From positions 1,312,001 through 1,376,000 of the forward strand of contig CAWDEM010000004.1 of the NCBI GenBank assembly GCA_963801355.1: a stretch of DNA of 64,000 nucleotides, written 5' to 3'. Below are positions 26,658 through 36,197 of the stretch, in pieces. Position 1 is the first letter of the stretch. Each line of letters starts with the position of its first letter. Both the position numbers and the translations under genes were made by a program. The DNA is from Ignavibacteriota bacterium. GTDB lineage: Bacteria > Bacteroidota > Ignavibacteria > UBA10030 > UBA6906. The notes under the pieces are model-generated. The model was not told the DNA's origin. It made no database searches and saw only the letters and a list, made by a program, of their open reading frames with translations.

Positions 26658-28478
26658 ATGATGCTCATGCGTCTAGTCGCGGTGCTTATCGCATGCGTGC
26701 TGTTGTGGGCGGTCTCTGCGCCGGCGCAGTCTCTTGAGGAGCTGCAAAACGACGAGATCAACGTGGCGACACGTCCATCCAATGATGTCCAGCAGCTGGC
26801 AAAGGAATTGTCGCAAGCCCGAAAAGCCGGTGATTACACCCGTGCAAGGGAGCTGGAGCGCATACTCTTCACCGCCATGCCCACTCTTCCCGCGGATGCC
26901 GCGCCGCTGATCTACGGGGGCAGCTACGACATGCCGGAAAACACGGCGGGTCCTCTCTGGGGCAACGACGTGAAGATCTACACCGGCCCCGTATGGTCAA
27001 ACGGCAAACGCCAGCTTGCCATCGATGCAGATACCCTCAAAGGCATCTATATCGGTATCAATGCAAAATACCAAGACACGCTCTCTCAAATCCTCGTTTA
27101 TCGTTCGACGAACGAGGGAAAGAACTGGACCTTCTTGACCAGATTCTATTCGACCGGTCAGGCATTCCAGTCGTTCGATATGTGCGTCACCGATACGGCT
27201 GGTGGTAAGTGGCTACTGGGATTCTCGCTTGTTCTCAAGACTGACAAGAGCGCAGCCGGCGGCGGTCATCTCTATTGGGGGAGCGTACTGAGCGACGGCT
27301 CGGATTGGCGGTACAAACTCATTGCCCCTGCGAGCCCTTCCACCAACTTCAGGAACCCAAGCATCTGCACGGATGGCACATACTACCCTCCCGGGACGAC
27401 CTATCACTACGTTGCCGCGGAATTTGTAAACCCTGCGACGGATGTGCCGCGTGGCCTGTTTGTCACCCGCACGACGGACTGGGGGAAGAACTGGGTCACC
27501 CCCGATAGTTCCATCAAAAACGTCCAGGAATCGACGCCCGTCATCGCCATCGACTGGAGCACGACCCCGGACAGTCTGTGCCTTGCGTTTACCCGGTTTA
27601 CAACTCCGAGTCGCGAAATCCGCGCTGCCCGCAATTCGATCACATTCTCCGGTGGATGGACAATCACCTATTTGGTGACCAAGACGGATGACTATGATCC
27701 TTCCATGGCAATTGACCCGATCCGGGGCAATGCTATCATCACCTATACTCGTGCCACGGGCGCACCGACGTACAACGATATTCTGTACCTCTACACTACA
27801 GATCTCTTCAAAACATTCAGCCGGGACAGCATCGCCGCAAGCACGGCAGTTGAGGAACTCAGCTCGGTGAGCTATGCGCCGTGGAAGACCGGTTACTATT
27901 GGAGGGTGGCATATCGCTCATCTCTCGGCACTGACACCATTTACTACAAAGCGGTCATGGACAAGCTTACGGGATTCTACACAACCAAGCCTACTGATGT
28001 GAGCCAGTATCAACCTTCGACACTTATCGCGCCGGTCGTTGGATTCGATAGAGACATCGGAGGAACAGATTACCGCGGCAATTGCGCTTACGTCGGCTAC
28101 GGGCCTCAAAATGTATATTTCGATGCGGTCGACATGGTGCTGGATGTCCCCATCGAGGAAGGCGTTCCTGCAGCATATGCACTTCACCAGAACTACCCCA
28201 ACCCGTTCAACCCGACGACGACCATCAAGTACGAGTTGCCCAAGTTGTCGGAAGTGACTTTGGGTGTGTATGACATGCTCGGTCGTGAGGTATCGGTGCT
28301 GGTGAATGACAGGAGGGATGCGGGAGTTCATGAAGCGAAGTTTGACGGAGCAGGGCTGTCAAGCGGGATGTATTTCTATCGGATGCAGGTCCGCCCTCTG
28401 GAATCCGCCATCGGGCGTGACTCCAAGAGCGGAGCAGGAAACTTCATTCAGACGCGCAAGCTGCTATTGTTGAGATGA
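26658..28478 (+). CDS. secreted protein with Asp-box repeats and T9SS-type C-terminal sorting domain
   Basis: GGAGG RBS, signal peptide, RSTNEGKNW and RTTDWGKNW, QNYPNPFNPTT...RKLLLLR. Confidence 0.9.
   Translation: MMLMRLVAVLIACVLLWAVSAPAQSLEELQNDEINVATRPSNDVQQLAKELSQARKAGDYTRARELERILFTAMPTLPADAAPLIYGGSYDMPENTAGPLWGNDVKIYTGPVWSNGKRQLAIDADTLKGIYIGINAKYQDTLSQILVYRSTNEGKNWTFLTRFYSTGQAFQSFDMCVTDTAGGKWLLGFSLVLKTDKSAAGGGHLYWGSVLSDGSDWRYKLIAPASPSTNFRNPSICTDGTYYPPGTTYHYVAAEFVNPATDVPRGLFVTRTTDWGKNWVTPDSSIKNVQESTPVIAIDWSTTPDSLCLAFTRFTTPSREIRAARNSITFSGGWTITYLVTKTDDYDPSMAIDPIRGNAIITYTRATGAPTYNDILYLYTTDLFKTFSRDSIAASTAVEELSSVSYAPWKTGYYWRVAYRSSLGTDTIYYKAVMDKLTGFYTTKPTDVSQYQPSTLIAPVVGFDRDIGGTDYRGNCAYVGYGPQNVYFDAVDMVLDVPIEEGVPAAYALHQNYPNPFNPTTTIKYELPKLSEVTLGVYDMLGREVSVLVNDRRDAGVHEAKFDGAGLSSGMYFYRMQVRPLESAIGRDSKSGAGNFIQTRKLLLLR
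28389..28433. repeat. in-frame ~45-bp palindromic insertion in secretion tail (copy 2)
   Basis: GTCCGCCCTCTGGAATCCGCCATCGGGCGTGACTCCAAGAGCGGA. Confidence 0.7.
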
Positions 28479-28495
28479 GCTATAGCCAGTAATTG

Positions 28496-28539
28496 AACAA
28501 AAATAGCCCGGGCAGAGATGTCCGGGCCTTTGTTTGTTT
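28496..28539. terminator. bidirectional intrinsic terminator between convergent genes
   Basis: A-rich tract, GCCCGGGCA-GAGA-TGTCCGGGC, then CTTTGTTTGTTT. Confidence 0.7.
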
Positions 28540-28666
28540 CGAGAGGAACATCGTCCACCGTCCTTTCGAGTGTCGGACGGTGAAAGTGAGCGCACACTAA
28601 ATCGCACACTCCGAGTGCAATTTCCTGTGCAGCGCGTGAGGTGGGCAAGAACAAAAGCGGTGAAAA

Positions 28667-28765
28667 TGGCGGGGACGGGTGGGGATCGAACCCACCTCCC
28701 GGGCTTTTCAGTCCGGGACAACGGATTTGAAGTCCGCGGGGACCACCAGGTTCCCTTTCATCCCC
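28667..28765 (-). tRNA. selC: tRNA-Sec (anticodon UCA)
   Basis: 99 nt; GCGGA-CTTCAAA-TCCGT anticodon arm, TGGT D-loop, long variable arm with GAAA loop, GTGGG-TTCGATC-CCCAC, G73 and encoded CCA; directly after selD. Confidence 0.96.
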
Positions 28766-28825
28766 GATCACAACGGCCCAATTTCGCGATTCCCCCGGAG
28801 AATTCCAAGACCCTCCAGGTCACGA

Positions 28826-29914
28826 CTATCCCTCCAGTTTCAAGAAGACTGGCCTTCCTTCCGGTGATTGCATCAAGGGAATGACCTCTCCCACTTGACG
28901 CGCCGCAGTATCTCCAGCCTCGTGCAATGCATGTACTACTTCATGGACGCGATCTGACGGGACCGCCGCAAGGAGTCCGCCGGATGTCTGCGGATCGGTC
29001 ATCAACCTGAACTGGGCCCCGGATACCGCATCCGAGCGCATTGTGTGGGGTTCGACGTACTGATCCGATGTGATCTTGTGAGCTGATGGCGATACATCCA
29101 TGAGCGCAAAAGTTGATTCAAAACAAGGCAGGAGCGAGGCGTGGAAGACCAGAGTCACGCCGGCGTTCCGGGCGATGGGCAACGCGTGACCGAGCAATCC
29201 GAATCCCGTAACGTCCGTCATCGCGCTGACCTCGAACTTCTCGAGGACCCCGGAGGCGTACATATTCAGACGCTGCATGCTTGTGGCAAACTCTTCATAT
29301 TGTGCGATGGTCAGGCGATCTTTCGAAAGTGCCTCGGCATAGATGCTCGTGCCAAGCGATTTTGTGAGAATCAGCGCGTCACCGGCACGCGCGTGTGCGT
29401 TGGTCACAACCCGGTCAGGATGGATCGTGCCGGTCACGCTCATGCCGTAGAAAATCTGCTCCTGTTCCATAGAGTGGCCGCCCATGAGGACGACGTGGGC
29501 TTCCTGGAGTTTTTCCGCTGCGCCGGTGAGAAGCTTCGCTATGACTTCGGTGGGTATCAGCTTTGCGGGATACGCCAGGATATTCATCGCCGTCAGTGGC
29601 CGTCCGCCCATGGCCCACACATCGGAAAGACTGTTGGCAGCGACGATGCGCCCGAAAGTCCGCGCGTCGTTCACCACCGGTTGAAAGAAATCCAGTGTTT
29701 GCACCAGCGCCAGTTCCGGCGTGAGACGGTATACACCCGCGTCGTCCATGGTATCCATGTCGACCAGGATATCCGGTGACGATATCCGGGGAAGGCGGGA
29801 AAGAATCCCTGCCAACCTGGCAGGGGAGATTTTGCCCGCTCACCCAGCGCAGGCGGCGTAGGAGAGCAGTCGTATCTCCTTGCCACCCGGCATGTAGGGA
29901 GCCGTTTCTATCAT
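28826..29914 (-). CDS. selD: selenophosphate synthetase, Sec-containing (C-A-G-U-A-G-K); start 29914 or 29893
   Basis: IRLLSYAACAG-U-AGKISP with TGA at 29840-29842; DDAGVY, TLDFF, ANSLSDVWAMGG, DVTGFGLLGH, DPQTSGGLL. Confidence 0.96.
29807..29825 (-). promoter_or_regulatory. SECIS element of selD
   Basis: CCCTGCC[AGGTT]GGCAGGG, loop at +22, with AATC/GATT lower stem. Confidence 0.88.
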
Positions 29915-30732
29915 GGCGGACATCCAATCCTATTATTGAGGGGATGTACAGCGAACGTGTTGTCCTTCCACTCCTCTGCAAGCAGTGCAGCGCCGAGTGC
30001 GCCGGTGAATTCCGGATCATCGGGGACCAGAATCGTCCGCCCGGTAACCGATTGAAGCGCGGCCACCACTCCCGGATTGCGGGCAACGCCGCCGGTGAAG
30101 ATCACCTGGTCTTCCCATCCAAGCCGGCCAGCCATGCCGATCACACGGCGCGCGACGGACTGAAACACGCCATTGAGGATGGAGGAGGCGGAGATACCCT
30201 GATGGAGCAATCCCACGATCTCGGTCTCGGCGAATACCGCGCACATCGAAGTGATCTCGCAAATTGCCGTGGTGGAAAGAGCGAGCCGGCCGGTATCCTC
30301 CACCGGCACCGAGAGCGTTCGTGCGACGGTCTCCAGAAATCGCCCGGTCCCCGCGGCACAGCGGTCGTTCATCGCGAACTCCAGCACCGAGGCCCGGGCA
30401 TCCAGCCGCATCATCTTGGAATCCTGGCCGCCGATATCAATTACCGTGCGAGCATCCGGAAAGCATGCGTGTACACCGGTCGCGTGACACCGGATTTCGG
30501 AATATGTTCCATCGGCGGCGGTGAAGTAGTGCCGGCCGAGACCCGTGGCAATGGTGCACTGCACGTCCTGCCGCTGAATGCCGTGGGTCTCCAGAACGCG
30601 CTGGTACAGCAATCCGGCATTCTCTCCGGGCGACGGACCGGATGGACACATCCCCCGGCCAAGCATCACGCCGTCTTCCAGAAGCACCACCTCGATTGAG
30701 GTTGAGCCGATGTCAATGCCCGATGTCAACAT
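29911..30732 (-). CDS. ASKHA-fold [4Fe-4S] ATP-dependent activase (HgdC/BadF/DCCP-R type)
   Basis: GIDIGSTS, ATGLGR, IDIGGQDSK, MNDRCAAGTGRFLE, SMCAVFAETE, FTGGVARN. Confidence 0.92.
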   Translation of the reverse strand: MLTSGIDIGSTSIEVVLLEDGVMLGRGMCPSGPSPGENAGLLYQRVLETHGIQRQDVQCTIATGLGRHYFTAADGTYSEIRCHATGVHACFPDARTVIDIGGQDSKMMRLDARASVLEFAMNDRCAAGTGRFLETVARTLSVPVEDTGRLALSTTAICEITSMCAVFAETEIVGLLHQGISASSILNGVFQSVARRVIGMAGRLGWEDQVIFTGGVARNPGVVAALQSVTGRTILVPDDPEFTGALGAALLAEEWKDNTFAVHPLNNRIGCPP

Positions 30733-32008
30733 GAGTCTTGCTGTGCTCGTGGAGCACCTCGCTAAACGATTCCAGGCGCACGGAGAGTCTGTCCAGATCC
30801 TCGTACGAATAGTCTGTCACAATGGTAAGCGAAGGCACAGATCGTTTGCCGAGTTCCCTGTCAAGCGCCCGCGCCTCAATATTGTATGCATGACAAAATG
30901 AGAGAATGTGATGCACTACGCCTTCAATGTGGTACATGTCGAGAATCTGCCGGATGTTGTCCACACGCTCGCTGTTGGGCGAAAAGCACGCACAGTCAAT
31001 GGCGAAGTACCTGTCGGCAATCGCATCCAGCAGGCCGTCTATGTCACGAGGAGATTCATCGACCGGGTCCCGGAAGTACCGCATACCCGTGCATGTTTCG
31101 TCGGCAACGATTCGCATGCCGTGCTGTTCCACCGCGAAATGGACTTTTGCATAGCCGAGGGGTGACGGAGATCCGGCCACAAGAATCCGCGGGCCACGGT
31201 GCGGGTAGGCCGGGACTTCTCGCTGGACGCGGTCGTTGAGCTCATCCAGGAGTTCCTGTGCAATACGGATGAAGGCGGTCGGGTCCATCGCGAGGGCTGC
31301 CTGAGAGACCAGCAGGGCATCCAGTCCGGACAGGGGAGGCTCTTCGTTTTTCCGGAGTGCGTTGATGTCCTGAAGGACCCTCCTGCGTTTATTCACAAGT
31401 GCAACTGACTCCCGGAGGGTTTCACAGGTAATCGTCGTGCCACTCAGTTGTTCAATGAATTGCCGGAACTCGCGCACTTCAGAGCGCCAGAGCTCTTTGT
31501 CCAGAGGATTCTTTTTCTGGGGCACTTCGAGGACACGAAAGCCGAGGAGATCCCAGGCCTTCTTCTTAGCATCGCAAGTTGTTTCACCGACTACGGCATC
31601 CTTGAGGTTCTTGTAGGGACAGGTTCCGCTGAATGCCATGCCAAACGTTGACCGGATCAGCGGGCAGATATCCCGCGGGAACATTTTGTCCGCGTAGTCC
31701 ACCGGCCAGTTGCTGCCGCCGCAGAGGGGTATGGGGATGACACCTGCCGCAAAGGCGATTTCGTCCGGCACATAGATGCAAAAAGTTCCGATGGATTTGC
31801 TGCCCGCGCTTCTCTGCGCGGCGATTTCCGCTACGCGTGCGCCATGGCTGGCGTAAAACGCCTCGTCGAACAATGCCATGGCAGACGGCCGCCGCTCCGC
31901 AGCACCAAACGTTCGCTTGTGCAGCGCGGAGTTGTAGGCCTCCAGACGGTCATGCAGCTCGAGATTGACACCCACAGATGCCAGCAAGCTTCGCAATTCC
32001 TGTCCCAT
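30713..32008 (-). CDS. 2-hydroxyacyl-CoA dehydratase superfamily protein, single-chain double-cubane-cluster reductase type
   Basis: GTFCIYVPDE, LCGG, PRDICPLIRS, CPY, GETTCDAKKK, ETCTG, IDCACFSPN, FCH; adjacent activase; TGATG overlap with selB. Confidence 0.85.
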   Translation of the reverse strand: MGQELRSLLASVGVNLELHDRLEAYNSALHKRTFGAAERRPSAMALFDEAFYASHGARVAEIAAQRSAGSKSIGTFCIYVPDEIAFAAGVIPIPLCGGSNWPVDYADKMFPRDICPLIRSTFGMAFSGTCPYKNLKDAVVGETTCDAKKKAWDLLGFRVLEVPQKKNPLDKELWRSEVREFRQFIEQLSGTTITCETLRESVALVNKRRRVLQDINALRKNEEPPLSGLDALLVSQAALAMDPTAFIRIAQELLDELNDRVQREVPAYPHRGPRILVAGSPSPLGYAKVHFAVEQHGMRIVADETCTGMRYFRDPVDESPRDIDGLLDAIADRYFAIDCACFSPNSERVDNIRQILDMYHIEGVVHHILSFCHAYNIEARALDRELGKRSVPSLTIVTDYSYEDLDRLSVRLESFSEVLHEHSKTHVDIGH

Positions 32009-33906
32009 CAAAGTCCCTTCAGCACGCGCACATCTTCGTGCCGCTCGGTGAACCCATTCCTGTCCAGGTATTCCAGCAGGGGAACTACATACTTGCGTGT
32101 CATTGCCAGATGCTGCCGGAGCTCACTGGTTGTGCCCTTGCCATGGATGCGCAGGTACTCGCCCAGACGTTTTTGTGCCTCTGTGATGCCGTTCCTGTGC
32201 ATCAACAGGCCCTCTTCGAGGTGAATCAGATCCCCGCATTCCGTGATGTGTGTGACCAACTTCTCGGCGCCCTTCCCCAGTTCGGCCACAATTTCCCCGG
32301 TATCAGGTGGTGTCAGCAGATTCGTGAGGTACTTCTGCAGAATCATGTCCCTGAGTCTTTTCTGGTCGGCGGAGAGGGATACGGTGTGCCCTTCACAAGC
32401 GAGCTGCTCTCCATGTTTGACGATACGTGATTCTTTCAGGAGTTCGTCTACGATGATTGCGAGGAGCCGCTTGTCAATGGCCGGTTTGATGCGAGAAGCC
32501 AATTCGGGGGCGGGGACACCCACGCGGAGAGGGTTCTCCTGATGAAAACGCGTCAGCGCATCCAGCACGTGCGTGCGGAGGGTCAGCTTGTTGCTGAGGG
32601 CAAACCACGTCTTGCCTTCGAGGCAGAGCACGCAACGGCGCTCCTCGAGGACGTGGAGATACTGCAGGCATGTCTCCAGAGGGATCGCTGCTGTCCTAGC
32701 AAGCTCAGCTGCGGTTACAGGTGCAACGGCAAATCGCTGGAGTTGCTGCAACACATGTTCTGCTGGGTCGCCTTTGACCGCCTGCTGCAGGCGTTCAAGC
32801 ACATCGCCCTGGAATCTCCGGTGTTTTCCGGGCCTGACGTCCAGGACCGTCCCGCCTCCAAGAGTTTGAAGAGGCGAATAACTCCTGAGGACATACCGGT
32901 CTCCATCGTCGGCCACGATGGGCCGCTCAAAGTGGAGCTGGACAAAACCCTCCTTCCCGGGCTTCAGCTCTTCCTGGTCGAGAAGGAGGACCCGTGCGAT
33001 GACTTCCGTAGTCCCCAAATGGATGCGGACGCGCGTGCGGTGCTGCAACGGCCCCGGTGCAGTGGCGAGGTAGAGAAGATGAGCATCCACCATGGACGTC
33101 GGGTGGTAGTATCCCGGGGTCCCAAGCACGTCGCCGCGTTCCACAACTTCACGTTCCAGCCCTTGCAGATTGACTGCCGTGCGAAGCCCAATGCTGCTTT
33201 CCTGGACGGTCTGATCGTGGACCTGGATTCCCCGAACGCGAAGAGGTCTGCCGATGGGGAGGAGTTCAACCGTGTCATCCACGCGGATACTGCCCGAAGC
33301 GATCGTTCCCGCGACTACCGTCCCGAAGCCCTTGATGGAGAAGACTCTGTCGATGGGCATCCGGAAGACCCCTTTGTCGGTCCGCTGGCGGACCAACCCG
33401 GCTTCCCGGAGGATGGCGCGGTGCAGCTCGTCTATGCCCTCTCCGGTCACGGCGCTCACCCTGTACAGAGGAGCTCCGCCGAGGAAAGTACCCTTCACCA
33501 GCTGCGCAATATCGGCGCTGACCAGGTCCAGCCACTCCGGTGCCACAATGTCCACCTTGTTCAGCGCTATCAGCCCGCGGGGAATCTTCAGGAGACGGAG
33601 GATTTCCAGATGCTCCCGGGTTTGAGGCATGACGCCGTCATCCGCCGCAACGACAAGAAGGGCAAAATCCACCCCGGTCACACCGGCCACCATGGTTTTG
33701 ACGAACCGCTCGTGTCCCGGGACGTCGATGATGGCCACCGAGTCTCCCAGGAATGCGAACCCGAGGTCGGTGGTCATCCCGCGTTCCTTCTCCTCTTTCA
33801 GGCGGTCCGTATCGATGCCGGTGAGCCTTTTGACAATTGCAGTCTTTCCGTGGTCGATATGTCCCGCCATGCCCATGACTACATGTCGTGTGTGAGGGCT
33901 ACCCAT
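32008..33906 (-). CDS. selB: selenocysteine-specific elongation factor
   Basis: [30 protein letters not shown]-terminal winged helix [13 protein letters not shown]. Confidence 0.97.
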   Translation of the reverse strand: MGSPHTRHVVMGMAGHIDHGKTAIVKRLTGIDTDRLKEEKERGMTTDLGFAFLGDSVAIIDVPGHERFVKTMVAGVTGVDFALLVVAADDGVMPQTREHLEILRLLKIPRGLIALNKVDIVAPEWLDLVSADIAQLVKGTFLGGAPLYRVSAVTGEGIDELHRAILREAGLVRQRTDKGVFRMPIDRVFSIKGFGTVVAGTIASGSIRVDDTVELLPIGRPLRVRGIQVHDQTVQESSIGLRTAVNLQGLEREVVERGDVLGTPGYYHPTSMVDAHLLYLATAPGPLQHRTRVRIHLGTTEVIARVLLLDQEELKPGKEGFVQLHFERPIVADDGDRYVLRSYSPLQTLGGGTVLDVRPGKHRRFQGDVLERLQQAVKGDPAEHVLQQLQRFAVAPVTAAELARTAAIPLETCLQYLHVLEERRCVLCLEGKTWFALSNKLTLRTHVLDALTRFHQENPLRVGVPAPELASRIKPAIDKRLLAIIVDELLKESRIVKHGEQLACEGHTVSLSADQKRLRDMILQKYLTNLLTPPDTGEIVAELGKGAEKLVTHITECGDLIHLEEGLLMHRNGITEAQKRLGEYLRIHGKGTTSELRQHLAMTRKYVVPLLEYLDRNGFTERHEDVRVLKGL

Positions 33907-35305
33907 GGTGCACGACTTCCTGAAATGCCTTGGCAACGAGCTGCACGTCATCGTCGGCAATCGTTCTGCAGTCGAGCAGAAGTGATTGATCCCGTATGCG
34001 TCCGATGACCGGAGTGCTTGACAGGCGGAGCTCACGGGCAAGGCCGTCGGGCGACAGGCCCTCGATGGTGCACGCGACTACTGATGTCGGGAGGGTGGCT
34101 GCGGCGAGCGATCCGCTGCCTACTTCGGCGGTATCTTGTTCCACAGAACATTTCCCGCGGCTCCCAAGAATCGGGGTGAGGAGATCAAGCAGGTGCACAG
34201 CGCGGGCTTTCACGGTATCCTGTGACGCGGTGAGGGAACGGAACACAGGGTGCTCCCGCGCCAGACTGCCTTCATCAAGAAACAGACGGAGTGTCGCCTC
34301 CAGCACTGCAAATGTCATCTTGTCACATCGCAACACCCTGATGAGCTGGTTGCTTTTGAGACGGTCTACAAGTGCACGCTTACCGAGGATGATGCCGCAC
34401 TGGGGCCCGCCAAGAAGCTTGTCGCCACTGAAGCACACGAGGTCGGCCCCGCCGGCAATCGACTCCTGAACCATCGGTTCATGAGGCAGACCCCAGCGGC
34501 GGAGGTCAAGAAGGGCGCCACTGCCGAGGTCGTCGATGGCGATGAGGTTGTGCTGGTGTGCGAGCTCGGACAATTCGTGTATCGAAACCTGGCTGGTGAA
34601 GCCGACGATATGATAGTTGCTCTGGTGAACTTTCAGTATCACTGCGGTTTCGGGGGAGACGGCGGCCCGGTAGTCTTTAAGATGGGTACGATTCGTTGTG
34701 CCCACCTCAACAAGTCGTCCGCCGCTGCGTCGGAGGACATCAGGTATGCGGAAAGAGCCTCCGATCTCCACCAGCTCACCGCGTGACACAATGACTTCAC
34801 GCCCCTCCGCAAACGTGTTCAGTACCAGAAGTGTGGCCGCTGCGTTGTTATTTACGACAACGGCCGCTTCTGCTCCGGTGATCTTCCGGAGCAGATGCTC
34901 GACACTCCGGTAGCGGTCGCCGCGTTTGCCGGTGTCGAGATCCAGTTGCAGAGTGCAGTAGCTGCGGACTGCATCTGTCAGGGCGCGCTGCGCGCTGCGT
35001 GCCAGCGGGGCGCGCCCGAGGGCTGTATGAAGAATTACGCCGGTCGCATTGACGGCCTGCCGGACTCCCGGCAGGAGATTGCGTTGAGCCCGGTCCATGA
35101 TCTCGCCCAGGATCGCATCGTAGGAACCTACTGTTTGCAGGTGTCCGTCGCGGATGCGCTCGCGAAGACTCTCGAGGTATGTGCGGATTTCATCTGCCAC
35201 AAGTTCACGCGGATAGTGTTCCAGCAGAGGAGCCAGTCGCCCATCCTCGAGGAGGAGATCAACCTTGGGCAGCTGTTGAAACAGATCGTTCCGGGCCTCG
35301 CTCAT
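33899..35305 (-). CDS. selA: L-seryl-tRNA(Sec) selenium transferase
   Basis: NATGVILHTALGRAP, VNNNAAA, SRGELVEIGGSFRIP, EVGTTNRT, DLGSG, FSGDKLLGGPQ. Confidence 0.97.
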   Translation of the reverse strand: MSEARNDLFQQLPKVDLLLEDGRLAPLLEHYPRELVADEIRTYLESLRERIRDGHLQTVGSYDAILGEIMDRAQRNLLPGVRQAVNATGVILHTALGRAPLARSAQRALTDAVRSYCTLQLDLDTGKRGDRYRSVEHLLRKITGAEAAVVVNNNAAATLLVLNTFAEGREVIVSRGELVEIGGSFRIPDVLRRSGGRLVEVGTTNRTHLKDYRAAVSPETAVILKVHQSNYHIVGFTSQVSIHELSELAHQHNLIAIDDLGSGALLDLRRWGLPHEPMVQESIAGGADLVCFSGDKLLGGPQCGIILGKRALVDRLKSNQLIRVLRCDKMTFAVLEATLRLFLDEGSLAREHPVFRSLTASQDTVKARAVHLLDLLTPILGSRGKCSVEQDTAEVGSGSLAAATLPTSVVACTIEGLSPDGLARELRLSSTPVIGRIRDQSLLLDCRTIADDDVQLVAKAFQEVVHHG

Positions 35306-36197
35306 GAGAAATGCCCCAGGTGACGGAGACATGTTTGCACACCGTACACTTCAAGCAACGGATACAGTCGGGCGAATTCGGATCATCCGAAATTTTGATG
35401 TCCACCGGGCAGACCTTCACGCAGAGATCGCAGTCCGCGCATTTGCCTTCGACATGCATGCGCATAAGACTGACACGATTGAAGTAGGCATAGATTGCGC
35501 CCAGCGGGCAGAGTGCGCGGCAGAAAGGTCGTTTGATCAGGATGAACAAGACGAGGAAGATGCCGAGAATAGACAACTTCAGGACATAGAGCCATCCCAC
35601 CATATCGGGTTCGATCACCGGGGCTCCCAATGCAGGATCGACAGGGTTCCAGAGCATCCAGGGAATCCCGGCGATGAGTGTCCCCCAGGGGCAGATGCGG
35701 GAGAACCAGTGGTCCTCTGTGAGCAGGGGGAGGAGAATTGCGAGGACGGCGAGCGAAAGAAACTTGCCGGATTTGAAGAATCGGGGCAGGCGTAACTTCA
35801 CACTCGGGATCTTGTGGATGGTGTCCTGAAGCCAGCCGAAGGGACAGAGCCATCCACACGCCGCGCGTCCGAACAACATGCCAATTGAACCGAGCATGCC
35901 GAGCAGGAAGAACGGCACTTGCCTGATTGCGACAAACGACTGCAGGATACCGATGGGGCAGGCCATGAAGGCTGACGGACAGGCGTGACAATTCAGAAAG
36001 GGCACACACCCCTGTTTGAGGGGGCCCGCATAGATCTGCTTGGTGAACGCGACGGGGTAGTAACCGTTGGAGAGGATGAGGCCGATGCCCACAACAATGA
36101 AGAGCCGGATCTTACGGAGTCTGGAGTAGAGCGGCCTGCTCTCTCTGGTTGTTGCGGGATGTTCCGGGATCAACTGATCCCGATGCAGTCCAGTCAT
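35259..36197 (-). CDS. membrane-bound 4Fe-4S protein (NapH/RdxA-like); start ATG 36197 or TTG 36173
   Basis: CVPFLNCHACP..CPIG, GRAACGWLCPFG, FCRALCPLG, CADCDLCVKVCP, CIRCLKC..C; several TM helices. Confidence 0.88.
   Translation of the reverse strand: MTGLHRDQLIPEHPATTRESRPLYSRLRKIRLFIVVGIGLILSNGYYPVAFTKQIYAGPLKQGCVPFLNCHACPSAFMACPIGILQSFVAIRQVPFFLLGMLGSIGMLFGRAACGWLCPFGWLQDTIHKIPSVKLRLPRFFKSGKFLSLAVLAILLPLLTEDHWFSRICPWGTLIAGIPWMLWNPVDPALGAPVIEPDMVGWLYVLKLSILGIFLVLFILIKRPFCRALCPLGAIYAYFNRVSLMRMHVEGKCADCDLCVKVCPVDIKISDDPNSPDCIRCLKCTVCKHVSVTWGISHERGPERSVSTAAQG
36165..36182 (-). promoter_or_regulatory. SECIS-like element for UGA 36194
   Basis: Perfect CGGGATC[AGTT]GATCCCG, loop at +19. Confidence 0.85.

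Noticed and set aside
28535-28550. parS-like TGTTTCGAGAGGAACA
   Set aside because: The central CACGTG core is broken, and the site overlaps a terminator U-tract.
36170-36172. Second TGA of the 52-aa peptide as Sec
   Set aside because: I see no consensus hairpin at the right distance, and the read-through is Ser/Pro-rich sequence overlapping the Fe-S gene.
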